This document shows, one piece after another, positions 1 to 9,695 of a stretch of 32,000 nt of DNA. The stretch's first letter is position 1; each line of letters opens with the position of its first letter. The position numbers and the translations under genes were made by a program. This DNA comes from Okeania sp. Lineage in GTDB: Bacteria > Cyanobacteriota > Cyanobacteriia > Cyanobacteriales > Microcoleaceae. The stretch spans positions 3,077-35,076 of the forward strand of contig NZ_JAYKGW010000213.1 in the NCBI RefSeq assembly GCF_035285525.1. Reading direction: 5' to 3'. Below the pieces are notes generated by a model that had not been told where the DNA came from, did not search any database, and saw only the letters and a program-made list of their open reading frames with translations.

Positions 1-577
1 TTACTTTCTCCTCAGTCCCCAGAAAATAGCTACTCAACTTCTTTTTAAGTTCTTTTCTCGCCAAATATATCCGCCTGCATACATTATCGTAGGATATCCC
101 TTGCCGTGACGCAATTTCCTTATAGGTAAGCTCTTCATAAAAATGCAAAATAAAAGTCCCACGCAACCTTTCCGGTAAATTAGTGATCGCCCGTCGAGTC
201 TCAATAGACCTCTCCTCTTTCTCCAGACGACTCTCTGGTGACTCCACCGCAGAAACCATAACCATCTCATTACTATCGCCTACCCATTCAATAGTGTCAA
301 CGCCCCTAGCTTTTCGAGAACGTCGAATAATATCAATACAGAGATTACGAGTCAACTGTACCAGCCAAGCCTTAAAATTAGCAATTTTATCCCCGAATTT
401 TTGCACCTTTTCCCAAGCTTTCACCATTGCCTGACTGAGAACATCTTCCGCATCAGCGTGATTAAAGTTCATCAACCTAAGACAGCACACATATAGCAAA
501 TCTTTATGTTCAGTCCATTGCTGCCAAAACTGACAAACCAGATCGGGATTGCTCCTATCGGTTAAAGCAAAGTCCAT
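1..577 (-). CDS. ECF-type sigma-70 family RNA polymerase sigma factor (3' end runs off the left edge)
   Basis: Not in the ORF track because there is no stop in the window. The reverse-strand ATG (complement of 575-577) opens a stop-free frame down to base 1. It reads MDFALTDRSNPDLVCQFWQQWTEHKDLLYVCCLRLMNFNHADAEDVLSQAMVKAWEKVQKFGDKIANFKAWLVQLTRNLCIDIIRRSRKA...LPERLRGTFILHFYEELTYKEIASRQGISYDNVCRRIYLARKELKKKL. The region 2 (FKAWLxQLTRNLCID) and region 4 HTH (LTYKEIAxxxGISxxNVxxRIYLARKxL) motifs are typical of ECF sigma factors. Track ORFs 34-270(-) and 183-434(+) are alternative-frame shadows of this gene. Confidence 0.85.
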   Translation of the reverse strand, partial: MDFALTDRSNPDLVCQFWQQWTEHKDLLYVCCLRLMNFNHADAEDVLSQAMVKAWEKVQKFGDKIANFKAWLVQLTRNLCIDIIRRSRKARGVDTIEWVGDSNEMVMVSAVESPESRLEKEERSIETRRAITNLPERLRGTFILHFYEELTYKEIASRQGISYDNVCRRIYLARKELKKKLSSYFLGTEEKV

Positions 578-953
578 TATATGTCCTCTTTCATCTGCAA
601 TTATCCATCTACACAATGTAGACGTACAGACATTCACTTATATGACCGATCAAAGTTCATATAATTTCAACTTTTCTTTGTAGTCAAAATCAATCGGTGA
701 TTAGCGATAATGCACAAGTAAAATCATTTGTCAATCTGATGAAAATAAAATATAAAAATGTATAGATATTAAAATATTTTATACTTAAACAAATTCTAAT
801 TATTATCTGCCAAAAATCTAATCAAAGTTCTTGTTGTCCAGGCCAAATATTTTTGGGGGGTTATTTAAAATCCTGATTACAAAAAAACTTCTTTACGTTT
901 CTCATCCGACAGCTTTCATATTTAACTTGATTAAAATTATCCTAAGAGTTATA

Positions 954-1433
954 ATGACAATTACAATTACCCTTAATACTGAAAACATTCATAACTTAGA
1001 TTTATCCCCAGTTGAAAATCTAATTTCTCCCATCCTAAATGAAGGAGCGATCGCCTCTTCTGAACAACAGCTTAATTTTGTCATTAACTATCAGCAAGAC
1101 CCTCAAGATCCTAGGGAACTTTCAGAAATTCCAGAAGTACGTTTATGGTTTATCCGTTTAGACAGTCGTTATCCTTGGCTACCATTTCTGCTCAACTGGA
1201 AAGAGGGAGAATTAGTTCGTTATACTGCAATGCTTGTCCCCCATCAATTTCATCGAACCGAAGGTATCCAATATAATCCAGAAGCATTAGAAATATTTCT
1301 CATGCACAAAATTTTTGTCTTGAGAGACTGGTTAAAGAAACAGAACATTTCTAGTAAATCTAGATTAATGTCTATATCTCAAATGTTAGGGTATGATTTA
1401 ACAGAAGAATTTTTTGTATCAATTCCAGAATAA
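954..1433 (+). CDS. Conserved cyanobacterial protein, probably CRR6 (chlororespiratory reduction 6, DUF1817)-like
   Basis: Track ORF 831-1433 begins at a TTG. The first ATG is at 954 and gives MTITITLNTENIHNLDLSP...DPRELSEIPEVRLWFIRLDSRYPWLPFLLNWKEGELVRYTAMLVPHQF...GIQYNPEALEIFLMHKIFVLRDWLKKQ. I recognise this ELSEIPEVRLWF/YPWLP/MLVPHQF pattern as the roughly 150-aa cyanobacterial CRR6-domain family. The family name is from memory, not a search. Confidence 0.6.
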   Translation: MTITITLNTENIHNLDLSPVENLISPILNEGAIASSEQQLNFVINYQQDPQDPRELSEIPEVRLWFIRLDSRYPWLPFLLNWKEGELVRYTAMLVPHQFHRTEGIQYNPEALEIFLMHKIFVLRDWLKKQNISSKSRLMSISQMLGYDLTEEFFVSIPE

Positions 1434-1462
1434 TATCAGCGCCTAATTTGGAGAATCAGGTT

Positions 1463-1563
1463 CTACCATAAAAAAAGAGCGAAAACTCCTAGTTTGTAGG
1501 TAGAGGGTTTGGAGACCAAACCCCTACAGTGTTTAATTTTACCGATACTATCGAATTTAATAT
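1463..1563. repeat. Dispersed repeat carrying the palindromic GGTTTGGAGACCAAACC core; homologous to 15759-15870
   Basis: ctaccataaaaaaagagcgaaaactcctagtttgtagg...gggtttggagaccaaacccctaca...ttaattttaccgatactatcgaatttaatat matches 15759-15870 almost colinearly. The GTAGGGGTTTGGTCTCCAAACC core also occurs at 13629-13651 and 23553-23575. Confidence 0.7.
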
Positions 1564-1720
1564 AAAAAAATTGCTTTTTTCTATACAATTGATTTTCTGA
1601 TAGGTAAGAAAAATGATTTTTACCTATCAATAATGGATAATTAATTCATTCTGGGGAAGATTCAATAATTATCAATTATTAATTATAGTAATCCTAAATA
1701 GCTTGTAAGATTTTATCGTT

Positions 1721-1773
1721 GGGGTTTGGTTTCCTTTCCCCAAGTGCTAAGGGATTTAGAAACCAAACCCTAC
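1721..1773. repeat. Small hairpin repeat (GGGTTTGGTTTC ... GAAACCAAACCC)
   Basis: A 12-bp inverted repeat flanks a spacer of about 29 nt. It is related to the GGTTTGG..CCAAACC family above. Confidence 0.55.
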
Positions 1774-1847
1774 AACTTTTTCTCACATCTCATTCCTGAT
1801 TGCTATGTTAATTATCAATCATCAATTATCCATTATCAATTAATCAA

Positions 1848-2807
1848 CTATCCTCCCCACATTTTCTGTAATACTTCCTGGGGTGAAATATCCGCCATCT
1901 TCCCTGTAGAAGACTTAATCGCCACTATTCTGTCACTATTCGGTAATAATTTCTTCGGTTCCGTTGGACCAAACAGAGCCAGAGTATATGTGCCAACTGC
2001 AACTGCTAAGTGCATTGGGGCACTATCGGTACATAACATTAAATTAGCTGCAGCAATCATAGCAGCTAATTTTCCAATATCTCCAGGCATAACTACTTTT
2101 ACATCCGGAGCAAATTCTTTAATTTCATTGACCCAGACTGCATCTTCAGGACCTTTCACTATTACTACAGGCAAGTTAGGTTGTTTCTCCTGGACATCTG
2201 CAATAATCTCCTGCCAATAATTGGTAGGATAAATTTTGTCAATACCCTTAACCTGAGCTAATTGACTTGAACCACCATGAATTAAAATATAGCCACTTTC
2301 TGCAATTCCTAATCTTTGCTGTTCAGCTTCGGCCCACTCAATATCCATTTTGGGGACATTAATTGATATTCCAGGGAAAGGAGTTGTAATCTTCATCCCT
2401 TGCAACAAATCATGGTACATCTGAGCAGCATATTGTTCAGTCTTCAGAGGTATAGGATCCGAGAGAAATATCGAGCCATTACCCCCATAACCCACCCGTT
2501 TAGGAATACCTGTCAACCATAACAAAAGGCCAACAGTCCAACGTTGTCCCAGGGAAATTACCGCTTCGTATTCGCGATCGCGCATAATACCCAAAAGGTT
2601 GCCCCAGTCTGCGAGACTATTGGCATCTTTAAAGTCATAGGTTAGGACATCCCGCACGGACTGAGAAACCCGGTATGCACCTTTGGAGCGAGGTTCTACA
2701 ATTACATCAATTTGAGATTCTGGGTAGAATTTTTTTAGGTCATCCAGGGTAGGAAAAAATAAAATTTGGTCGCCTATTCCACCAGGGACAAGGGCTAGTA
2801 TTCTCAT
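1848..2807 (-). CDS. Glycosyltransferase family 9 (heptosyltransferase-like)
   Basis: 319-aa ORF. The N-terminus MRILALVPGGIGDQILFFPTLDDLKKFYP and the C-terminal LMLCTDSAPMHLAVAVGTYTLALFGPT are the GT9 hallmark (DSGPMHLAAA-GxPxVALFGPT). The antisense track ORF 1726-2220(+) is a shadow. Confidence 0.85.
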   Translation of the reverse strand: MRILALVPGGIGDQILFFPTLDDLKKFYPESQIDVIVEPRSKGAYRVSQSVRDVLTYDFKDANSLADWGNLLGIMRDREYEAVISLGQRWTVGLLLWLTGIPKRVGYGGNGSIFLSDPIPLKTEQYAAQMYHDLLQGMKITTPFPGISINVPKMDIEWAEAEQQRLGIAESGYILIHGGSSQLAQVKGIDKIYPTNYWQEIIADVQEKQPNLPVVIVKGPEDAVWVNEIKEFAPDVKVVMPGDIGKLAAMIAAANLMLCTDSAPMHLAVAVGTYTLALFGPTEPKKLLPNSDRIVAIKSSTGKMADISPQEVLQKMWGG

Positions 2808-3105
2808 GTTTAAAGGATTAAAGTTAATTATTAGTTCAATTTTAAGAGAGTTATGGTAAAAATTATATTATGTAAATACAGTTAAATATCTTAAGTCTTG
2901 AGTAATAATTTCAGAATTTATTTATAATTTTTGGTTGGTTACAACCTATTTAGGATTGCAAGATAAAGTATTTTTATATTGCAGCCAGATAATCCACTGC
3001 CATAGTTTAGTAAGAAAAATAATGACAATACATGAGTATGAAAATGCACTACTACTAAACTATTAAACGAAAATAACCCAATTATTAATTATTTATCTTT
3101 TTGAA

Positions 3106-3420
3106 CTATTCTGGTTGATTTGACTCTGGATAGTTATTACGAATTTGTTCAGCTTCTGGACAATCTTCAGATACCAGAGGCTCAACATTACCCCTAGGAA
3201 CTGAGGATAATTTTTGAGTAATAGCCCCTATACTTTCTAAACGGACCATTTCTTCCCAAGAACAGATTTCATCTTCTTCATCTGTTTCGTAGCGCATCGT
3301 TACTAAGTCTCCCTCTATATCCAAGATTTTTGCTTGTTCTATCCAACGCTGTTGGTCTCGCAAGAAAATACAGACCTCACGACCATCACAACAAAGTTGA
3401 TATATCTTGCGTTGTAGCAT
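3106..3420 (-). CDS. Small conserved hypothetical protein (acidic, Cys-containing)
   Basis: Track ORF 3106-3468 starts at a TTG. The first ATG is at 3420 and gives MLQRKIYQLCCDGREVCIFLRDQQRWIEQAKILDIEGDLVTMRYETDEEDEICSWEEMVRLESIGAI... Coding-like composition; I recognise no functional motif. The start is uncertain (3468 TTG versus 3420 ATG). Confidence 0.55.
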   Translation of the reverse strand: MLQRKIYQLCCDGREVCIFLRDQQRWIEQAKILDIEGDLVTMRYETDEEDEICSWEEMVRLESIGAITQKLSSVPRGNVEPLVSEDCPEAEQIRNNYPESNQPE

Positions 3421-4231
3421 TGGCTTTTTATACTCCCAATTAATAATTTGGTCAAATGTATTTTTCAATAATTAGGGTTTGCTGATTAAATCTAAAAGCA
3501 TTAACATCTAAAGGTTTTAGCCTCATAACAACAGAAAGTGCTGTATTAATATTTTTGCCAAGATTCTATTATAATGTTGAACTTGCAATCCCAAGGAATT
3601 ATTTTAGCAATATTTTTGACATTATGAGGCTAAATCTAGTAGAACTTAGAATTTAGAATAGGGCAGATTTAAGCTTTTTGCTGAAAAGTTTACCATAACT
3701 GATACAAAAAATGTAATTCTCTCATTCCGAACCAAAGTGTTTATGTTTCATGTGCGTAGCAAAGCAGTCCCTCAAGATACGAATTTCAGACAGCCAAAAA
3801 TTGTTCCTAATTTGTAAGTTTTATATGTATCATTATTTTGGTTATTTTTAGATTTATAAGTTTGACATAAATTATAGCAATCCCAAATCATTTGCAAACA
3901 AAAACTATAGGGATTTAGTCTCAAAATTCTATCTTATGTTCAGGTTTAAAAACTCATATATTGACTAGGGTGACACAGCTAAAAATGTAGTGGCACCTCA
4001 AGTCTTAAATGTTACTTTAGGAAAAGGTAATTTCAGTTATCAGTAGAGAGTGAACCTCTGACTAAATTCGGAGGCTGGAAATACTGAGTTAAAAATTTTT
4101 CATCCCCGAACCAGGGGAAGCTTTATACCTCTTTTTTTTGGTAATAGAATGCTAATTTTTCAAATTTCTGAACTATTACTACCTACTCCCTAAGATAAAC
4201 TAATCAAATAGAATTACTATATAAAACAGAT

Positions 4232-5986
4232 ATGAATTACACACCAACTTTAGCCAGAATATCTCTTTTTGAATTAGCACAATCTGGTGATTTTCAAGCT
4301 ATTAGTCACTGGATAAATCAACAACTAAAACCCCAAGGAATTTCAGCTCGTATAGCTAAAGAAACTACTGGATATCTACAAATTTTAGTAGAATTTCAAC
4401 GTGAACCTTCCGTAGATAGATTAATTCAATTTATCTGCCATAAACTTTGGCAACTCAATTCTCCTGTACTAAAAAGAGTAAACATTGCCGGACGTTTCCG
4501 AGGTTCATCTAATATACTTTGGAAACACTCTGTCAAAATTAATTTATCTGCCAAAAGAAACTTAAATAAACCATCTAATTTAGCAAATAAAACTGATAAT
4601 ATTAAATTCAAAACATTTCGTTCTTTGATTTTAATTGGTTCAACAGTAGCAGCTTTTATTTTAGGTTGTTGGGTAAGTTATTATGGAGTTATCCTTCAAT
4701 ATTCCAGTTCTGAGGTCGAAACTGCTACCGAAAAAGTAAAAGTAATTAATCATAAAAAAATAACTAATCCCAAAGATCCTAATGTCACCTTAATGTTTGG
4801 TGGAGATGTTAATCTATCCAATCCAGTTTCTAATGCAATGCAAGGAAATTATCAGTTACCTTTTGCCAAAATGGATGAATATAGAACAGCAGATTTAACT
4901 ATAGTTAACTTAGACAATCCTTTAGCTCATTCCACTCTCAAAAGTGCAACTCAACCCAAAGAATTAACCGTCAATCCTAACTATGTTAAAGTATTAAAAT
5001 CAGGAGGAATTGATCTAGTAAATTTAGCTAACGATCATACTATCGACTATACAGAAAAAACTTTAGAAGAAACAATAAAAACTCTAGAACATTCAGGCAT
5101 TCATTCTTTAGGAGCTGGTAAAACCATAGACGAAGCCAGAAGGCCAAAAATTATTAAGGTTAAAGGCCAAAAAATTGCATATCTGAATTATTATGATACA
5201 GATGTTCAATCAAACACTACAGGCGTTAAAGTTAATATTAGCAATAGGGATAGGATATCCTCAGATATTCAAATTCTCAGAAAGCAGGTAGACTGGATAA
5301 TTGTTAACTATCATTGGGGAGTTGAATTATCAGAATATCCTGGAGATTGGCAGATGGATATAGCTAGAATGACAATAGACCAAGGTGCTGATTTAGTAGT
5401 AGGACACCATCCGAAAGTATTGCAGGGAGCAGAAATTTATCAAGGGCGACCTATTATATATTCTTTGGGTAATTTTATTTTTGGAGATACTTCTAACCAA
5501 GAAAGTGATTATGAAACAGCGGTCTTGAAAGTATCCTTAAAACCAGGTAAAATGAAAGTTGAGTTTTTACCAGTAGTGGTTAGTCAATATCAACCTCAAA
5601 TTGTCAAAGGTGAAAAAGGAGAAGAAATTCTCAAACACATTTCTCAAATTTCTAGTGCTTTTCATCAACCTATGAGAACTCCTGTAGAAATAAATCCAAT
5701 TAATAAAGATTTTAATTTTGTTGGTATTGACTCTCTTTCTGGAGAAACAAATTCTCAGAATTTATCAACTCCAACCTTACCTAAATTACCTGAAAAATCT
5801 TCAGAATATAATGGAAATTCTATAAACTCTCCTGAAAAGAATTTAGAGGAAAAATCAGGTATTAATAAAAACAATATTTCTCTAACACCGAAATTAAATT
5901 CTCAAGGAACTTCCCAAGAAATAAAAGATTCTTTTATTGAAAAACCATTCATCAAAGAACCTTTTATTGAATTACCTCGTTTATGA
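4232..5986 (+). CDS. CapA-family (PGA_cap metallophosphatase-like) membrane-anchored protein with N-terminal extension and low-complexity C-terminal tail
   Basis: 584-aa ORF. One TM helix (LILIGSTVAAFILGCWVSYYGVIL) is followed by CapA motifs: GGDVNL, NLDNPL, NLANDHTIDY, VNYHWGVE, GADLVVGHHPKVLQG, YSLGNFIF. The C-terminal ~100 aa is Ser/Asn/Pro/Lys-rich (IEKPFIKEPFIELP). Confidence 0.8.
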   Translation: MNYTPTLARISLFELAQSGDFQAISHWINQQLKPQGISARIAKETTGYLQILVEFQREPSVDRLIQFICHKLWQLNSPVLKRVNIAGRFRGSSNILWKHSVKINLSAKRNLNKPSNLANKTDNIKFKTFRSLILIGSTVAAFILGCWVSYYGVILQYSSSEVETATEKVKVINHKKITNPKDPNVTLMFGGDVNLSNPVSNAMQGNYQLPFAKMDEYRTADLTIVNLDNPLAHSTLKSATQPKELTVNPNYVKVLKSGGIDLVNLANDHTIDYTEKTLEETIKTLEHSGIHSLGAGKTIDEARRPKIIKVKGQKIAYLNYYDTDVQSNTTGVKVNISNRDRISSDIQILRKQVDWIIVNYHWGVELSEYPGDWQMDIARMTIDQGADLVVGHHPKVLQGAEIYQGRPIIYSLGNFIFGDTSNQESDYETAVLKVSLKPGKMKVEFLPVVVSQYQPQIVKGEKGEEILKHISQISSAFHQPMRTPVEINPINKDFNFVGIDSLSGETNSQNLSTPTLPKLPEKSSEYNGNSINSPEKNLEEKSGINKNNISLTPKLNSQGTSQEIKDSFIEKPFIKEPFIELPRL

Positions 5987-6077
5987 ATTTAATCAAAATT
6001 ATAATAAGTCTTCAGCTATCAGTTATCACCAAAAAATTTGGTCTAAAATATCTGTTTTCAGAAGGTTAAAAGCGGTC

Positions 6078-6213
6078 GTTTCACTTTCGCTGCGCGACAT
6101 GAAACCCCATATTCAATCGACCAATAAAAAAATAAACTTCCATATTTCAAGGCTCTTGCTTTCCTACGGAATACTCAGCAAACAGCCATAATTACTGATA
6201 ACTGATAACTGAA
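6078..6213. repeat. Mosaic dispersed repeat: GTTTCACT..CGCGACATGAAA module, a ..GCAAACAGC.. module, and a CTGATAA heptamer STRR tract (6194-6213)
   Basis: The same modules recur at 25660-25848. CGCGACATGAAA cores are at 6078-6104, 7745-7762, 10413-10440 and 25820-25848. Track ORF 5937-6191 is a read-through of this repeat. Confidence 0.7.
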
Positions 6214-6320
6214 ATAATCTCTCCTATAAGGTTAACATATTATTACTGAGAGCTGAAAGCTAATAGCTGAATGCTTATCCTAAATATTAAATAGTAAATT
6301 CCTAAATTTCCATAAAAATT

Positions 6321-7193
6321 GTGTTTGCCATTGCACTGCAACAAAAAAAATATAAAACTTATACTCTCTCTGATTTAGCATTTAATTCTAGTATTAATGT
6401 AGTGCCAGAAAGAGGAGGAATAATTACCAGTTGGTGTGTGAAAAATCAGGAACTACTTTTCCTAGATTCCGAAAGATTTGATAATCCAGAATTAACTATT
6501 AGAGGTGGAATACCTATCTTGTTTCCTATCTGTGGTAACTTATCAAACAACAGATACAAATATAATCGTAATAATTACTTTATCAAGCGACATGGATTTG
6601 CACGAGACCTACCTTGGCAAGTTGTAGAAAATTCAACCAAAGATAAAGCTTCCATAACTCTAGTTTTAATCAGCAATATACTAACCAAAACAGTTTATCC
6701 ATTCGACTTTAAACTTACCTTTACCTACCAACTCAAAGGTAATTCTCTAGAAATACTTCAAACTTATGCTAACTTAAGTAATACGGAAAGGATGCCATTT
6801 TCCACAGGACTCCATCCTTATTTCCTAGCTCCAAATAAGGAGCAACTCCGCTTTCATATTCCTTCCATGCAATATGTGGATCAGAAGAAAGGGACTCTAC
6901 ATGATAATAATTGCAAATTTGATTATAAACTGAACGAAGTAAATGCAATATTTAAAAGACTAACAGGTTTGGCCACAACTGTCTACGATCAAAGTCGTGG
7001 TTTGAGAATTACAATGAGTTATAGTTCTGCATACTCAACTCTTGTTTTCTGGACAGTTAAAAATCAGAATTTTTACTGTTTACAACCCTGGACAGCTCCT
7101 CCTAATTCTTTAAACACAGATTATCGTGTGGTTTATTTAGAACCAGGGTCTTCTTGTCAAATGGTAACTAGACTAACGGCAATATTTGTGTAA
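6321..7193 (+). CDS. Aldose 1-epimerase (galactose mutarotase-like) family protein
   Basis: 290-aa ORF with a GTG start. Motifs: ERGGIITSW, IRGGIPILFPICGNL, KRHGFARDLPWQV, FSTGLHPYF, QPWTAPPN. These are typical of the aldose-epimerase / glucose-6-phosphate 1-epimerase-like fold. Confidence 0.8.
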   Translation: MFAIALQQKKYKTYTLSDLAFNSSINVVPERGGIITSWCVKNQELLFLDSERFDNPELTIRGGIPILFPICGNLSNNRYKYNRNNYFIKRHGFARDLPWQVVENSTKDKASITLVLISNILTKTVYPFDFKLTFTYQLKGNSLEILQTYANLSNTERMPFSTGLHPYFLAPNKEQLRFHIPSMQYVDQKKGTLHDNNCKFDYKLNEVNAIFKRLTGLATTVYDQSRGLRITMSYSSAYSTLVFWTVKNQNFYCLQPWTAPPNSLNTDYRVVYLEPGSSCQMVTRLTAIFV

Positions 7194-7464
7194 TAGTTGG
7201 ACTTTTTACTTAATAACCTGGGACACTGTTGATTGATTCCCCAAATCTGGACATAAATAAAGCCAAAAATTCATTTTTTCTGGCAAGTTGTCACAAAATA
7301 TAAAATTTTTCTGCAAAACTATTGCAATATTTATTGTTACTATGCTAATCTTAGTAATTGTGAGATAAAAAAAGAGTGCAGCGGTTCTAGAACAACTAAA
7401 GTATTCTGAAAATATCAAATTCATCTACAGGAAAAACTTAATTCCTGACCTCAAATATAAATTA

Positions 7465-7536
<72 letters not shown>

Positions 7537-7587
7537 TTGAATAATTAATAATTATCTCTTCTTATAAATTAAGATTCTAGTAGTGGA

Positions 7588-7843
7588 CTGTTTCATCTAA
7601 AATGGTGCAATAGCTAGGGGCGGGTTTCTCAGGAAATTTTCCTAGATTTCTAGGATTTATACAAACCCGCCTCTGAAACGGTAGCTTATATCACTAGGGG
7701 CGGGTTTATCTAGTAAACCCATGAAAAATCGTTCTACGGTCGTATCGCTGCGCGACATGAAACGCATTTTTGTTATGCAACGTCCCTACTTGCAAAACCC
7801 GCCCCTACGGTGTCTTCCTAATGCACCATTTAAGATGAAACAA
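7588..7843. mobile_element. Nested MITE-like element
   Basis: The outer TIRs are CTGTTTCATCTAAAATGGTGCA (7588-7609) and TGCACCATTTAAGATGAAACAA (7822-7843), with 2 mismatches. They enclose two AGGGGCGGGTTT...AAACCCGCCyCT units, at 7616-7674 and 7696-7806. The second unit itself carries a CGCGACATGAAA module. Confidence 0.6.
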
Positions 7844-7847
7844 TGCA

Positions 7848-7989
7848 GTAGGGTGCTTTAGCAAAGGGTAACGCACCATTCTCCAGGAAAGCTTTACCTA
7901 TCCCACAGATTACTTAATAATTAATTATTTATGTGATTTTTGAATTAATTTAATAGTGATGCGTTACAGCTAGGGCCTAACGCACCCTA
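7848..7989. mobile_element. MITE-like element with GTAGGGTGCkTTAG termini
   Basis: The left end is GTAGGGTGCTTTAGCAAAGGGTAACGCACC (from 7848). The right end is GATGCGTTACAGCTAGGGCCTAACGCACCCTAC (to 7989). The two are inverted copies. A related GTAGGGTG...GTAACGCACC segment sits inside the MITE at 10382-10485. Confidence 0.55.
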
Positions 7990-8126
7990 CAAATCAGAAA
8001 ATAAAATATAAAAATAATATTAATAGACAGAATCTTCATTTTGTCTTAAGATTGTTGTAGAAATTAAGCTTAAGTAAACCAACTTACTACAAGCTAATAA
8101 CAAAAAAAATATTAGGAGGAAAAGGT

Positions 8127-9206
8127 ATGGCTATCGTACCAATGCGCTTACTGCTAGACCATGCGGCAGAAAATGGTTATGGCATCCCTGCATATAATGT
8201 TAACAATATGGAACAAATTCAGTCCATTATGCAGGCTGCAGATGAAGCAGACAGTCCTGTAATTTTACAAGCTTCTCGTGGGGCACGTAAATATGCTGGA
8301 GAAAACTTCTTACGCCACTTAATTTTGGCCGCAGTAGAAACTTACCCTCATCTTCCTATTGCTATGCACCAAGATCATGGTAACTCTCCTTCTACTTGCT
8401 ATTCCGCTATGCGCCACGGTTTCACTAGCGTCATGATGGATGGTTCTCTAGAAGCAGATGCTAAAACTCCAGCTAGCTTTGAATATAACGTTAATGTTAC
8501 TGCTGAAGTAGTTAAGGTTGCTCACTCCATTGGTGTAAGTGTAGAAGGTGAACTAGGTTGTTTAGGTTCCTTAGAAACTGGTATGGGTGATAAGGAAGAT
8601 GGACATGGAGCAGAAGGTGTCCTAACTCATGACCAACTTTTAACAGATCCAGATGAGGCTGTACAATTTGTAGAACAAACTCAAGTAGATGCTCTAGCAG
8701 TTGCTATTGGTACTAGCCATGGTGCTTATAAATTTACTCGTAAGCCTACTGGAGAAATTTTGGCGATTAGTCGCATTGAAGAAATTCACCGTCGTCTACC
8801 TAATACTCACTTAGTTATGCACGGTTCTTCTTCTGTTCCTGAAGATTTGTTGGCTATTATTAACCAGTATGGTGGTAAGATTCCAGAAACTTACGGTGTA
8901 CCGGTTGAAGAAATACAAAAAGGTATTAAGAGTGGTGTTCGTAAGGTGAATATTGATACTGATAACCGCTTGGCTATTACTGCTGCTATTCGTGAAGCTG
9001 CTGCTAAGGATCCTTCTAACTTTGACCCTCGTCACTTCTTGAAGCCTTCTATTAAGTACATGAAGCAAGTATGTTTGGATCGTTATGAACAGTTTGGTAC
9101 TGCTGGTAATGCTAGTAAAATTAAGGTTCAAACTTTAGATGAGTTTGCTGCTAAGTATGCTAGTGGAGAATTAGCTGCTACTACTAAGACTGCAGTTTCT
9201 GTGTAG
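8127..9206 (+). CDS. fbaA: Fructose-bisphosphate aldolase, class II
   Basis: 359-aa ORF with SD AGGAGGA at 8114-8120. Motifs: [95 protein letters not shown]. Strongly biased codon usage is consistent with high expression. Confidence 0.95.
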   Translation: MAIVPMRLLLDHAAENGYGIPAYNVNNMEQIQSIMQAADEADSPVILQASRGARKYAGENFLRHLILAAVETYPHLPIAMHQDHGNSPSTCYSAMRHGFTSVMMDGSLEADAKTPASFEYNVNVTAEVVKVAHSIGVSVEGELGCLGSLETGMGDKEDGHGAEGVLTHDQLLTDPDEAVQFVEQTQVDALAVAIGTSHGAYKFTRKPTGEILAISRIEEIHRRLPNTHLVMHGSSSVPEDLLAIINQYGGKIPETYGVPVEEIQKGIKSGVRKVNIDTDNRLAITAAIREAAAKDPSNFDPRHFLKPSIKYMKQVCLDRYEQFGTAGNASKIKVQTLDEFAAKYASGELAATTKTAVSV

Positions 9207-9252
9207 TTTGTGAGAATTTTTTAGTTTAATTTCTCAATTATTTAATTGTTTA

Positions 9253-9294
9253 ATGAGAAGTCTTTTAGGTAATTTAAGGCTTCTCATTTTTTTT
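9253..9294 (+). terminator. Rho-independent terminator of fbaA (its stem overlaps the stop codon of the convergent DUF433 gene)
   Basis: Stem ATGAGAAG (9253-9260) pairs with CTTCTCAT (9280-9287) around a 19-nt loop. It is followed by a T8 run (9287-9294). Confidence 0.65.
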
Positions 9295-9571
9295 CTAATT
9301 TCACTTTAGCAAGTTCTTGATATGTAGTTTGTTTGTCTACTATATCTTTGTCTATTTCTTCTCTATTAGTATGATAATAAGTTAATGCTGCATAAATTTG
9401 AGTTATTGTTAAATGATTTAATCTTCTGGCTATTTCTTCAACATTTTTCCCTTGATTATATAAACCAGCAATTCTACAAACCAATGTTCGAGTTCCTGCA
9501 ATTATAGGACGACTACTATTAGAGTTAGGGTCAATAGCTATCAATGTGCTAATGTCAGTTATAGTTGCCAA
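9284..9571 (-). CDS. DUF433 domain protein (antitoxin-like HTH), no partner gene adjacent
   Basis: 95 aa. The sequence DPNSNSSRPIIAGTRTLVCRIAGLYNQGKNVEEIARRLNHLTITQIYAALTYYHTNREEID fits the DUF433 pattern (P-I-x-GTR-x-V..I......G.S.EEI....P.L....I.AAL.YY). Confidence 0.8.
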   Translation of the reverse strand: MATITDISTLIAIDPNSNSSRPIIAGTRTLVCRIAGLYNQGKNVEEIARRLNHLTITQIYAALTYYHTNREEIDKDIVDKQTTYQELAKVKLEKK

Positions 9572-9695
9572 TATATTCTCCTTAAATTATCACAAATATT
9601 AACTACAATCTTCGATAAAATTCTAAGATTAATACACTTTATATTATCTTTAATTTAATTTAGTAAGCAGGCACAATTACCTCAATTTCAGTCTG

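Noticed and set aside
34-434. Track ORFs 34-270(-) and 183-434(+)
   Set aside because: Both lie inside the ECF sigma factor gene (1-577, minus strand) in other frames or on the other strand. The sigma-factor frame carries clear region 2 and region 4 motifs, and these ORFs carry none.
1726-2220. Track ORF 164 aa on the plus strand
   Set aside because: It is an antisense shadow of the GT9 glycosyltransferase gene. It begins in repeat DNA with a non-ATG start and has no recognisable motifs.
5937-6191. Track ORFs spanning repeat mosaics: 5937-6191(+), 25748-26020(+), 21509-21700(+), 7206-7424(-)
   Set aside because: They read through dispersed repeat modules or AT-rich intergenic DNA. They lack SD sequences and recognisable motifs. 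25748-26020 is composed almost entirely of MITE/STRR modules seen elsewhere in the window.
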